From: Bacteroidia bacterium
GTDB lineage: Bacteria; Bacteroidota; Bacteroidia; J057; JADKCL01
NCBI GenBank assembly: GCA_020635905.1
Contig: JACJYV010000005.1
Span: 1,133 to 65,132, forward strand
Direction of reading: 5' to 3'
DNA length: 64,000 bases
The notes under the pieces were generated by a model. The model was given only the letters and a program-made list of their open reading frames with translations, had not been told where the DNA came from and searched no databases. The position numbers and the translations under genes are program-made. Shown piece by piece: positions 10,284-19,513 of this stretch. How positions within the stretch are numbered: the stretch's first letter is position 1; the number at the start of each line of letters is the position of its first letter.

Positions 10284-10787
10284 TCAGCCACTTCCAATTA
10301 GGGACTCAAGGCCCAGAACTCTTAGTTTGGCATCTTCAAGTTCTTTGCGCAAACGTGCGTTCTCGGATTCCAAGGATTCTGTTTCAGGCTTCTCACTGCC
10401 TGTTTGGGACGGTTTTGACATAGGGGAACAAGATGATAACTCCGCTGCTTTCATCCAACGGTGAATTACTTGCACATAGTTGATATCGTACTTCTTAACA
10501 GCCTCTTCAATAGTCAACAAACCAGAATTAATCTCATGAATTATCCGCAGCTTGAGAGCTTTGTCGTATTGCCGAGTAACCAGGCTACGTCCCGCAGCGA
10601 CCACAGAACGCCACTGCTGAATTGCATACGTACTGACCCCGTATTTTTGGGATGCCTCAATGCCAGTCATTTTACCTGAATCTACCAACTCAACAATCAT
10701 TCGCTTAACAGCAGGCGACTTTCGATGTTGAACACTTAAATCTTTTTTAGAATTTGAATTACTTTTTGATTTTGCCATCACTTTCAA
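10284..10787 (-). CDS. IS3-family transposase OrfA (HTH_Tnp_1-like + leucine zipper)
   Basis: KSPAVKRMIVELVDSGKMTGIEASQKYGVSTYAIQQWRS HTH, plus ENARLRKELEDAKLRVLGLE coiled coil as in IS3 OrfA. Confidence 0.65.
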   Translation of the reverse strand: MKVMAKSKSNSNSKKDLSVQHRKSPAVKRMIVELVDSGKMTGIEASQKYGVSTYAIQQWRSVVAAGRSLVTRQYDKALKLRIIHEINSGLLTIEEAVKKYDINYVQVIHRWMKAAELSSCSPMSKPSQTGSEKPETESLESENARLRKELEDAKLRVLGLESLIGSG

Positions 10788-10875
10788 GGTTGCGAAAGTT
10801 GTATAGCTATTTTAGTAAAAGACACTGGGTGATTTCTGGAATTTTCTTGACTTCCTCGGCCCAGATACCCAAAAG

Positions 10876-11301
10876 GTGGAAATAGCATGTTTTATGGGGC
10901 AAAGTTATCGTTGCACCCGCCATTCTTTTGAAACAAAAATGCTTCAGAGCCCTATTGATGAAACCGAAATCTCTCAGCGGGTAGAGGCGGAAGTCGCAAA
11001 ATGGAAACGAGAAGTAGCATTCAATCGTGCGATGGAGGAAAATGAACTGCTTAAGATTCAGGTCGGAGAACAATCAAAGCAGATCGAAACCTTAAAAGCC
11101 AAAATCAAGGAATTGAAAACGACCAATTTTGACCGGGATAACCTTGCTTTGGCCCAGGTTATTAAGCATCTGATCATCCAGTACCCCAATATTTTAAAAA
11201 AGTACCCCGGATTAAAAGATTTCAAGGGCTTGTTTGGGTTTAAAATTCCTGATCAACCCGTCCAAAATGCAAAAAAAGAAAACCCAAGCCCTGAGCCATG
11301 A
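10876..11301 (+). CDS. hypothetical protein (coiled-coil)
   Basis: ORF abutting the IS end. Its start may be the internal Met near 10939. No motif recognised. Confidence 0.3.
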   Translation: MEIACFMGQSYRCTRHSFETKMLQSPIDETEISQRVEAEVAKWKREVAFNRAMEENELLKIQVGEQSKQIETLKAKIKELKTTNFDRDNLALAQVIKHLIIQYPNILKKYPGLKDFKGLFGFKIPDQPVQNAKKENPSPEP

Positions 11302-11843
11302 ACGATGACGAAACCCCAGATTTTAGTACAAAATTGATCAGAGCCGAACTCACAATGCTTCGCAAAAGGCAGGAAGCAATTGAAAGCAAATTGGACCAAT
11401 TAGTCATGGTATCTGCGGAATTGAAAATTTATTTAAAATACAATCCCGATCAGGTACTGGAAAAGCTACTTCCCTTTTTCAATGAGATTCGTTCAGCACG
11501 GGAGAAAAATTCCAGTGAAGCTAAACCTTATCAAAAATTTCAACCAGAACGTAATGATGCCTGGTCCTGGAAAGAACATATCCTTTTCACTCTGTTTTAC
11601 GAAGATCGTCCCCTGACAACTGCTGAGCTTGTCGAAATACACATTTTATTGGAAGTGAAAGGAAAAAAGGAGGGGAGCTACGTTTTAAAAGATATTTCAA
11701 AAAACCTTACTGATTTAGTCAAGGACAGCCGGGTAATAAAGTACAGGGCCGCAGGTCTTGGAAAGTATTTTTATTGCCTGCCCCAATGGATGAAAGGAGA
11801 GGAGTTAAAACCTGACTATTGGGGGAAAGGTCCATTTTTGTAA
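11298..11843 (+). CDS. hypothetical protein
   Basis: ATGA start/stop overlap with the previous ORF. 181 aa. No motif recognised. Confidence 0.35.
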   Translation: MNDDETPDFSTKLIRAELTMLRKRQEAIESKLDQLVMVSAELKIYLKYNPDQVLEKLLPFFNEIRSAREKNSSEAKPYQKFQPERNDAWSWKEHILFTLFYEDRPLTTAELVEIHILLEVKGKKEGSYVLKDISKNLTDLVKDSRVIKYRAAGLGKYFYCLPQWMKGEELKPDYWGKGPFL

Positions 11844-12335
11844 ATTGAAAAAGCTGATCCCTGATTTTTGAATCAGGATGGGAATTAAATCAACAGTAAG
11901 GGAGTTTATAACCTGACTCAGAAAATGATGACCAATTCGCACAATTTTATTGTCAACCTTTGGTAGGCTCTCAGCTTAAATCAAAAGAATGAGGCCCCCT
12001 GACAAAAATAACGGCTGCCAGCATTTGTGTACACTATCAAATACACTTTGTCCAATAGAAAAACCACTTATGAAATGATCTCGCCAAATGTGCCCAATCA
12101 GGCAAAAATGTTTCGGAAATATCTCGGAAGGGTGGCGGATTCTCCAAAAATGTTTGGATTTGGGCTTGTTTAGCGCGATTTTGGGAGATGGGAGTTATTG
12201 CAGAGAGCAATGAATAATTTTGCGGGACGTAATTACTCTGACAATGCAAGTCGCTCATAACCAACCTCTCAGGACTAAGGACTCACGACTAAGGACTCTA
12301 AAAACTAACCTCCAACCCTCTAACATCTCCAAAAA

Positions 12336-13370
12336 TCACTTTTTCTTTTTGAAGTTGTCTAGCTCGGTGGAGACGGAGAAATGGTTGGTGCCGCCGATGG
12401 CGTGGTAGCCGGCGAAGCTGTAATCAAGGTGGATTTTTTTGATGCGGATGCCCACCCCAAAGGAGAAGCCCGAGATGCCCGCGCGGTTGACGGAGCGCAA
12501 TTCCTGGCGACGCATGTGGTTGTAGCCAAAACGGAGGTTGAATCCGCGGGAGATGACAAATTCGCCGCCAAAAACCAGGTGACGGAAGATGTTGTCGACG
12601 GTGGTGCTTTTGGGCTTGATGAGTTCGCCGCTGAGGTCGTATTGCGGCTCTGGATTGGGATCGACGTAGATGAGTTTGGGCCGTTGCAACTGGATGCCGG
12701 TCACGGAAAAGCGCAGGGGCATGTGCTCGAGCTTGTAAGATATGCCGGCCTGCATCTCAAATGGAATGGGTTCGTGCGGCCCACCCTGGACGTAAGGTCC
12801 CAGCTGGACACCCATATTTTTGAATACCAGGGCCGCGGAGAAAAGCTGATCGTCGGACAGGTAAGTGCCGCCCAGATCGAGGGCCAGCGCGGTCCAGCTG
12901 TTGTAGCCGGCAATGGAGGAATTGATGAATTTGAGGTTGGTGCCGATGCGGTAATTACCCACCTGGCGGGCGCCGCCCACCACAAAGGCCAGATCACCTG
13001 CTTTGAAAGTGCCGGTCTGGTTGCCGTACACATCGGCCGCGGTCTGTTTGCCGTAATTGACAAACTGAAATCCGGCGTGGAAATCGCCGATTCCCTCGAA
13101 GGAGCGGGCATAGCTGGCGTAACCATAGGTGATGCCGGCGAAGTAATCGACGAAGGAAAAGGAGGCCCGGTTGTGCATGGAATCGTTGAGGACGGCCGGG
13201 TTTTGGAAGGCGAAGTTGTGGTCGTAGTCGATGGTGGTGATATTCACCCCACCCAGACCCGCCACCCGCGCCTGGGGCGCGAGATTCAGGAAGTCGTACA
13301 CATTTCTTCCCCCGATCTGGGCGAAGGCAAAAGTCGGCAGCAAGGCCAGTAGTATCAGGAATATCCTCAC
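12336..13370 (-). CDS. PorQ/PorV-family T9SS-associated outer-membrane beta-barrel protein
   Basis: Signal peptide. N-terminal YDFLNLAPQARVAGLGGVNITTIDYDHNFAFQNPAVL matches the FL.I..gARa.glGGa....dD..a...NPAgL signature of PorV/PorQ-type proteins. 344 aa favours PorQ-like. Confidence 0.5.
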   Translation of the reverse strand: MRIFLILLALLPTFAFAQIGGRNVYDFLNLAPQARVAGLGGVNITTIDYDHNFAFQNPAVLNDSMHNRASFSFVDYFAGITYGYASYARSFEGIGDFHAGFQFVNYGKQTAADVYGNQTGTFKAGDLAFVVGGARQVGNYRIGTNLKFINSSIAGYNSWTALALDLGGTYLSDDQLFSAALVFKNMGVQLGPYVQGGPHEPIPFEMQAGISYKLEHMPLRFSVTGIQLQRPKLIYVDPNPEPQYDLSGELIKPKSTTVDNIFRHLVFGGEFVISRGFNLRFGYNHMRRQELRSVNRAGISGFSFGVGIRIKKIHLDYSFAGYHAIGGTNHFSVSTELDNFKKKK

Positions 13371-13604
13371 GGGTTCAAATTAACGGAATTTTCAGGAAAA
13401 TTCTGGGGTAAAAAAATTGGTACGCCAGTTTGAGCAGTTGTCCTTTTTCAAGGACGAGCCCGGATTTTTCCACATTTAGCTGATTTTGATTTCCGACAAA
13501 AAGTATCAATTTGTTACCTTCAGAAACCCATGCCTGATAATGTCGTATTAAATTTCAGGTAATTTATGCCAAACTTATCACTCAACCACAACCGATCTCC
13601 TCTT

Positions 13605-14237
13605 ATGAAACGAATCACTGCAACTCCGCTGCTCCTTCTCCTGCTGTGTGTTTCTTCCGCTTTTGCGGCTGGCACGCCTGAAAAACCGCCGGTTTTTCGG
13701 GTGGTGATTGACGCCGGTCACGGCGGTCAGGATGCAGGTGCAGGCCGGCAGGGCCTGCTGGAAAAGGAACTGAGCCTGAAACTGGCTCAGAAGGTGAAAG
13801 CTCTGGGGAAGAATTCCCCGGTGGAAGTCATTATGACCCGTTCGGGGGATGAATTTGTGTCGCTGCAGGACCGCAGCAAACTGGCCCTGGAGCACGAAGC
13901 TGCGCTTTTTCTCTCCATTCACATCAATCAAAGCGAGCAACCCGAGACTTCGGGGATTGAGATTTTTGTTTCGTCCGAAAATGCCCGTGCCACGCAAAGC
14001 CGCATGTTTGCTGAAGGATTGAGCCGGACTTTGCAGGCGGGCGAGTCTGAAATCCCGGTGCAAGGCACTAAAGAAGCCAATTATCTGGTGCTGAAAAATA
14101 CGACCTGTCCGGCGGCTTTGCTGGAAGTGGGCTACCTCAGCAACCCGGGCGACCGTCAGAATCTGCAGAATGATGCTTTTCTGGATCATTTGGCGGGTTT
14201 GATTTGGGAAAGTATTTTGGGGTATTTGGAAAATTAA
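13605..14237 (+). CDS. N-acetylmuramoyl-L-alanine amidase (Amidase_3 family)
   Basis: VVIDAGHGGQDAGA...LSIHINQ...IEIF motifs of the Amidase_3 zinc site. Signal peptide from MKRITATPLLLLLL (start 13605 preferred). Confidence 0.7.
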   Translation: MKRITATPLLLLLLCVSSAFAAGTPEKPPVFRVVIDAGHGGQDAGAGRQGLLEKELSLKLAQKVKALGKNSPVEVIMTRSGDEFVSLQDRSKLALEHEAALFLSIHINQSEQPETSGIEIFVSSENARATQSRMFAEGLSRTLQAGESEIPVQGTKEANYLVLKNTTCPAALLEVGYLSNPGDRQNLQNDAFLDHLAGLIWESILGYLEN

Positions 14238-14518
14238 CTTTTTGAGATTTTAGATTTTCAGATATCAGATTTTAGTTAGCTGGCCGGTTTTTGAGCTGAA
14301 AAGCTACCCGGGAATATTGATTTTTTGAGATGAGAGTCATTAGAAGTGAGTCCTTAGACGATTGCGTTCAGAAATTCTGATTCACCTTAATGACTATCCT
14401 AATGGGCCAGGAACAAAGGTCCGTGGCTTCCTTTTCCTGGTTGGCACCCATTCACAAACTCCCTTCGCAATTCTCCCGAAAGTTTTTTATCTTTCCATTA
14501 CCCGCTTTGTGAAAAGAA

Positions 14519-14872
14519 TTGCTAAAAATCATTGTCATGGAATTCTCTTTGGTTGTATCCCGTTTTCTGATTCCGTTGGGAATTCAGATGGTCATTTCCC
14601 TGTTGCTGGTCTGGGCTGTTTTTGCAGGCTCGAAGCGGCTAAATCCTGATTTTAAGGGCAGCCTGGCCTGGTCCTGGGTGGGTGCGATGTTGGGGGGAAT
14701 TCTCTTTTGGATTACCACGGCTTTTCTGGGTGATTTTTTTGAGCCTGTGCAGGAAATTCTGAGAATAAAGGGCATGAGGATTGCCTGGGAACTGATTGGC
14801 TGCTGCATGGGTGCGGTGATGGGTTTTGTTTATAAAAGTCAAATGATAACTTCCAAGATCCATGTCGATTGA
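14519..14872 (+). CDS. small integral membrane protein
   Basis: Three or four hydrophobic helices. 11-nt overlap with the downstream methyltransferase start. Confidence 0.3.
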   Translation: MLKIIVMEFSLVVSRFLIPLGIQMVISLLLVWAVFAGSKRLNPDFKGSLAWSWVGAMLGGILFWITTAFLGDFFEPVQEILRIKGMRIAWELIGCCMGAVMGFVYKSQMITSKIHVD

Positions 14873-15632
14873 AAAAGATCCAACCGTACGCTTTTCCAAC
14901 CGGGTTGAGAATTACATCAAATACCGTCCCGGGTATCCTGACAGTCTGATCGGGTTTCTGGGTGAAAATCTGGGCCTGCATGCGGGTTCGGTGGTGGCAG
15001 ATGTGGGTTGTGGCACAGGAATTCTCAGCAAATTGCTGCTGGAATGGGGGGCAAAGGTGTATGGGGTGGAACCCAATTCACCCATGCGCACCGCGGCAGA
15101 ACAATTGTTGAAGGGTTTTGCGGAATTTCACTCTGTGGAAGGCCGTTCTGAAGCTACAAATCTGCCCGACCAGTCGGTCGATCTGATCACTGCGGCGCAA
15201 GCCTTTCACTGGTTTGAGCCAGGCGCCACCAAACAGGAATTCAGCCGCATTTTGCGTCCTCAGGGCCAGGTGGCCCTGATCTGGAACAGCCGCGACGAGC
15301 CCCGGTCACCTGTGGCCTGGGCCTATCAGAATCTGATCGACGAGTTTGCCATTGACTATGAGGAAATGCACCACAAACGCCTTCAAAGGGCGGATTTTGA
15401 GAACTTCTTTGCCCCTGGCACCCTGCAAACGGCCCATTTTGACTATGGGCAGGAACTGGATCTCGACGGCCTGAAAGGCCGGCTTTTGTCGTGCAGCTAC
15501 ATGCCGGGCGAGGATCATCCGAGCTATTATTCTCTGCTTAAGGCCATTGAGGCTGCATTTGAGCAGGTTCAAACTGATGGAAAAGTGGTTTTACCTTACA
15601 TTACCGAACTTTATTATGGTCAGATGGGTTAA
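14862..15632 (+). CDS. class I SAM-dependent methyltransferase
   Basis: Motif I VADVGCGTGILS. The post-I acidic residue and motif II spacing are typical of Methyltransf_11/25. Confidence 0.7.
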   Translation: MSIEKDPTVRFSNRVENYIKYRPGYPDSLIGFLGENLGLHAGSVVADVGCGTGILSKLLLEWGAKVYGVEPNSPMRTAAEQLLKGFAEFHSVEGRSEATNLPDQSVDLITAAQAFHWFEPGATKQEFSRILRPQGQVALIWNSRDEPRSPVAWAYQNLIDEFAIDYEEMHHKRLQRADFENFFAPGTLQTAHFDYGQELDLDGLKGRLLSCSYMPGEDHPSYYSLLKAIEAAFEQVQTDGKVVLPYITELYYGQMG

Positions 15633-15652
15633 TATTTTTGTAAATTTATCAC

Positions 15653-15865
15653 ATGGAAGACCCCAAAAACGACAATCAATACCAGCCCCAAATCGACACA
15701 TTCTGGTCCAAATTGTGGGGTTATCTGTCCTTTCGCAAAGCTGATCCCAACGATCCCAATGCCCGCAATTTCAACCTGCGTGCCATGCACACCATCAACA
15801 AAATCAGCATTCTGATGTTTATTGCGGCGATTATCTTCCTGATTTTGAAGTGGACGGTTTTCTGA
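15653..15865 (+). CDS. small membrane protein
   Basis: 70 aa with a single C-terminal TM helix. Good coding context. Confidence 0.3.
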   Translation: MEDPKNDNQYQPQIDTFWSKLWGYLSFRKADPNDPNARNFNLRAMHTINKISILMFIAAIIFLILKWTVF

Positions 15866-15980
15866 TTCGGTTTACGGTTTGCGGTTTACGGTTCTCCTGA
15901 CGGCTGACGGCTGACCGCTTTCAGCTACCTTGTTACTTTTTTATCCCTTAAATTGTCTTACGCAAAAGGGACCGCTCTCC

Positions 15981-16478
15981 ATGAATCGCAAGGAATACAA
16001 CCAAGCCGTAAAATCCCACTCCAACGGGATTTACCGCTACGCGGTGAAATTTCTGGGTGACGAGGTAACGGCCCAGGATGTAGTGCAGGATTGCTTTGAA
16101 AAATTGTGGAATAACCTGGCCAAGGTGGATGGCGCACGGGTTAAAGCCTGGCTTTTTCAGACTGCGCATAATGCCATGGTCAATACCGTCAGGCGGGAGG
16201 CCCGCATGGAACCTATGGGACCGCACCATGGAAAGGGGAATTACCAGGCAAATTTTTCTTTTGAGTGGTCTGATCTGCTGGAAGACGGCCTGAAAGCCCT
16301 GCCACCCCTGCAAAAATCCATTTTGCTGTTGCGTGACCTCGAGGGTTATCCGTACCAGGAAATTGGTCAGATTCTTGGGTTGAATGAGTCGCAGGTCAAA
16401 GTTTATTTATTCAGAGCCCGAAAAACCCTGAAGGAAAAGCTTCAATCAATGATCCCGAAAAATGAAATCTGTCAATAA
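15981..16478 (+). CDS. RNA polymerase ECF-type sigma-70 factor
   Basis: Region 2 (YRYAVKFLGDEVTAQDVVQDCFEKLW) and region 4 (LLLRDLEGYPYQEIGQILGLNESQVKVYLFRARKTLKEKL) motifs. Confidence 0.8.
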   Translation: MNRKEYNQAVKSHSNGIYRYAVKFLGDEVTAQDVVQDCFEKLWNNLAKVDGARVKAWLFQTAHNAMVNTVRREARMEPMGPHHGKGNYQANFSFEWSDLLEDGLKALPPLQKSILLLRDLEGYPYQEIGQILGLNESQVKVYLFRARKTLKEKLQSMIPKNEICQ

Positions 16479-17145
16479 AGCAAATCTGGACGAGTGGATC
16501 TTCGAGTACCTCGAAGGCAATCTGGACGGGACCGACCGGACCACCCTCGATGCCTATCTGCGGGCCCATCCCGAAGCGGGGGCCGAATTTGAGGCCTGGA
16601 AAGGCTCCTATCTGAAACCGCAGCCCGTGGCTTTGCCCGCGGGTATTTCCCTGCAAAAGGCAGTTTTGCCGGGCTGGGCCATGGGGCTTTCAGGAATCGT
16701 TCTTTTAACCTGCCTGGGATTATTATTGAATTCCCAGCTAAGTAATTCAAGCGTAGCTAAAGACTTGAAATCGAATCAGGGGTTGGTGGGAATGGCTTCA
16801 AATGCATTTTATTTGCCTGAAAACCAGGAATCTGAGAAACTTCAAATTCCCCAAAAACCCATAGCGCATTACTTCTCCCCTGCTCAGGAAACATTTGCCC
16901 CGATAATTACCCCCCCAACTGAACCCATTGTGAATGAGGAACTGGATTCAATGGGGTTGACTGATAAAATCGTGATAGAGGAAGCAGCAGGATTAAAAAT
17001 TCATGTTAGCGAATCCAACTTCCCTTCTCTGCCACCTCGCAACCTAATTTCCAGCCTGGATCCGGCTAAAACTTCAAATGAAGGCAGAAAAAACCGCCAC
17101 AAAAATGTTGCGTGCAGGGCACAAATGGCGGGGGATCCTTTTTAA
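16462..17145 (+). CDS. anti-sigma factor
   Basis: Overlaps the sigma gene by 17 nt. N-terminal NLDEWIFEYLEGNLDGTDRTTLDAYLRAHPEA resembles a zf-HC2-like anti-sigma N-domain. Single TM helix (LSGIVLLTCLGLLL). Confidence 0.65.
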   Translation: MKSVNKANLDEWIFEYLEGNLDGTDRTTLDAYLRAHPEAGAEFEAWKGSYLKPQPVALPAGISLQKAVLPGWAMGLSGIVLLTCLGLLLNSQLSNSSVAKDLKSNQGLVGMASNAFYLPENQESEKLQIPQKPIAHYFSPAQETFAPIITPPTEPIVNEELDSMGLTDKIVIEEAAGLKIHVSESNFPSLPPRNLISSLDPAKTSNEGRKNRHKNVACRAQMAGDPF

Positions 17146-17169
17146 TTACCTCACTGACCACGAATAAAG

Positions 17170-18063
17170 ATGGAAAAGAATCTCTACTTCCTGCTTTTTG
17201 TTGCCTTGACGGTTGGGTTCCCAACCTTGGGCAACGCTCAGGCTGACCTGGTTTTTGCTCAACCTACTCTTGCGCCCCTCTATTACAATCCTGCTTTCGC
17301 AGGCTCGCTTGAAGAAGGACGAATTTCTGCAACTTATCAGAACCAATTGGTCGGGATTCCGGGCACCCCCAAATCATTTCTCTTTGCCTGGGATCAAAAC
17401 TTCCAAAAACTCAGGGGAGGAATTGGGGTAATGGCTTTTTACAGTTCAAAATGGGGGCAAAACAGGGGAGAATTGGCGGCTTCCTGGGCTCCAAAATTAA
17501 AATTTGGAGGAAAATGGACTTTTTCTCCTTCTCTTGCAGCCAGGGTTGCTGCCCATCAAACCTACTATGTCACCCAATCAACTGGGTGGCAACTCGCCCC
17601 GGACCTCCAGGCTGGATTCCTGCTGAATAATGGAAGCTTTTTTGCAGGAATGGCGGCCAACCACCTCCTGAACCCCAAATTTATTCCTCCTCCACCCTTT
17701 TCCGATCAGGTTGTCAGGTTTCCCAAAACTTATAATCTGCTTTCGGGCTACACTTTCAAAAGAGGGGAAAATGCTAATTGGTCCTGGTCCCTTATTGAAT
17801 TGTTGCTGTTAGAAGCGCAGGAATTGCCCTTATCCCAGCTTACAGCAAGCGTCAAATACCGCATTTGGATTTGGGGAGTTGGGGTACAAAATTCATTGCA
17901 AATCAGATACCCCAGATTCAATGCATTCAATTTCATGGCTGCCTGGAAGGGCCGAACGATGCGCATTAACTACACCTATTCCTATAATACCACGAAACTG
18001 TCTGCCTTCACAAGTGGCAGCCATGAAATTTCCTTTATCTATTACTTAGCCCCAACTCTTTGA
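17170..18063 (+). CDS. T9SS membrane protein PorP/SprF family
   Basis: Signal peptide, then AQADLVFAQPTLAPLYYNPAFAGS...ATYQNQ, matching the PorP/SprF N-terminal signature (D.QFSQY..N.LYLNPAFAG...YRNQW). Confidence 0.7.
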   Translation: MEKNLYFLLFVALTVGFPTLGNAQADLVFAQPTLAPLYYNPAFAGSLEEGRISATYQNQLVGIPGTPKSFLFAWDQNFQKLRGGIGVMAFYSSKWGQNRGELAASWAPKLKFGGKWTFSPSLAARVAAHQTYYVTQSTGWQLAPDLQAGFLLNNGSFFAGMAANHLLNPKFIPPPPFSDQVVRFPKTYNLLSGYTFKRGENANWSWSLIELLLLEAQELPLSQLTASVKYRIWIWGVGVQNSLQIRYPRFNAFNFMAAWKGRTMRINYTYSYNTTKLSAFTSGSHEISFIYYLAPTL

Positions 18064-18078
18064 GGAGCGTTTTTTGGA

Positions 18079-18393
18079 TCAAACTCTGGCCTTGGCCTCA
18101 CGCATGGCGTGATCCATTTTGTGCCATGGACCGCCATTGTGGGCATCCAGCCCGGCAGATTTCAGCATGGAACTGGCGGAGCCGCTGCGCATACCCGAAG
18201 CACAGCAGGTGATGATGGGTTTCTCATATTTCTTGATTTTGGCCAGTTTGTTGCCCAGCTCATTGAGGGGAATGTTTACGGAGCCTTTGGCATGTCCCTG
18301 CTTGTACTCGCCGGGGGTGCGCACATCAATTACGACCGCACCTTCGCGGATCATTTGCACAAAATCAGGTTTTTTACGGAACAGACTGAACAT
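18079..18393 (-). CDS. rhodanese-like single-domain sulfurtransferase
   Basis: VVIDVRTPGEYKQGHAKGSVNIP...ITCCASGMRSGSASSML active-site Cys loop. The shorter start at 18393 gives about 104 aa, typical of single-domain rhodanese. Confidence 0.65.
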   Translation of the reverse strand: MFSLFRKKPDFVQMIREGAVVIDVRTPGEYKQGHAKGSVNIPLNELGNKLAKIKKYEKPIITCCASGMRSGSASSMLKSAGLDAHNGGPWHKMDHAMREAKARV

Positions 18394-18676
18394 AATTTCT
18401 TGGTTTAATTTCTGGGAATCTCTAAAAACAAAGAAGATCAAGGCGGACGCAGTTGAAGAAAGCGGAGTTTACTGAGGTAAATGAGCATTTCTGAAACAAG
18501 TCCAACGCAGAGATTCAAAGTTTTTATAGATTCTCTGCCACAAGATTACGTCGGGATTTCCGAATGGATAGTGACTTTTGTTACGAAGGGAGATAGTTGT
18601 AAGTTCTGAGTTGTTAGTTCTGGGGTGAGACTCTCAACTTAGAACTTAGAACTTACAACGCTCAACTAAAAACCAC

Positions 18677-19513
18677 TCACTTCCTCAAAAAGATCCCGTC
18701 CACGTAGGCGTTGTGGCCGAAGCCGCAATCGTTTTTGCCTTCCATGTATTGCACGGCGACAAAACCTTTGTAAAAACGGATGTCAAAGGCGCAATCGCCG
18801 AAATCTGTATTGCGGTAGGAAAGGGTGTTGCCCATGAGGACACCTTCTCCCTCTTCGATGGAGGCGATGTTGTAGGCGGGGGGGCCGGTCACGCAGGAGA
18901 TTTCGTAGGTGAGGTTGCCTTCGTCGAAGGAGATGACGGTGAAGGAGCCGGAGGCGCCTTCGTCGCCATACTGGTAATAGTAATCACCTTTGAAGTTGTT
19001 GGTGCTGAGGTCTTCAGCGGCGGCGCCGCTGCCAGAGCCTTCCAGGGTAATGGTCATGGACTTGCGGGACGCGGGGAAAAAGCAATCGCCCGAAGCGGTG
19101 TTTCCGTCGAAGGAAAGGTTCCAGATGCCGGTCACATTGCCTGATTTTTCGAACTCCATGATGCGGTAGTAATTTTCGCCTGATTCCTGCCCGATGAGTT
19201 TGATGGGGGTACCCACTTTGTCGTAAACCAGGGTGCCATAGGCGATCTCATCCTGCATCTGCAATTCGAGGGTGACGGGAATTCTGCCGTCGAGTTTGCC
19301 TTTGTATTGGGTGCAGGCATTGCCTGCGGGCTGAGAGGATTGATTTTCAACGGGTTGGGTATTGGTCACGGCCATCGCTTTGGCTACATCCTTCACGGAG
19401 TCGCCGGCCTGGGAAAGGGCAGGCGTGCTGTTTCCGCTGCCGCAGGCAGCGAGGGTGAAAGCAAGGCTGGTGCAAAGCACCAGGAGGGCTAAGGGCAGGC
19501 GGATTTTTTTCAT
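18677..19513 (-). CDS. lipoprotein, function unknown
   Basis: Internal start MKKIRLPLALLVLCTSLAFTLAAC (lipobox). The annotated 5' extension (19514..19792) is GC-rich non-coding-like sequence. Confidence 0.6.
   Translation of the reverse strand: MKKIRLPLALLVLCTSLAFTLAACGSGNSTPALSQAGDSVKDVAKAMAVTNTQPVENQSSQPAGNACTQYKGKLDGRIPVTLELQMQDEIAYGTLVYDKVGTPIKLIGQESGENYYRIMEFEKSGNVTGIWNLSFDGNTASGDCFFPASRKSMTITLEGSGSGAAAEDLSTNNFKGDYYYQYGDEGASGSFTVISFDEGNLTYEISCVTGPPAYNIASIEEGEGVLMGNTLSYRNTDFGDCAFDIRFYKGFVAVQYMEGKNDCGFGHNAYVDGIFLRK

Larger units (their letters stand above)
9232..10826 (-). mobile_element. IS3-family insertion sequence, copy B, inverted relative to copy A, orfB decayed
   Basis: Ends gtccttccctaaaataacttacaacc (9232) and ...gttgtatagctattttagtaaaagac (10826). 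Contains a full orfA and an orfB N-terminal fragment. About 80-90% identical to copy A by eye. Confidence 0.7.

Noticed and set aside
12381-13352. 323-aa + strand ORF mirroring the PorQ/PorV-like gene
   Set aside because: Antisense shadow ORF in a GC-rich, third-position-biased gene. Product is low-complexity (G/A/V/D-rich) with no motif. The - strand product has a clear signal peptide and family signature.
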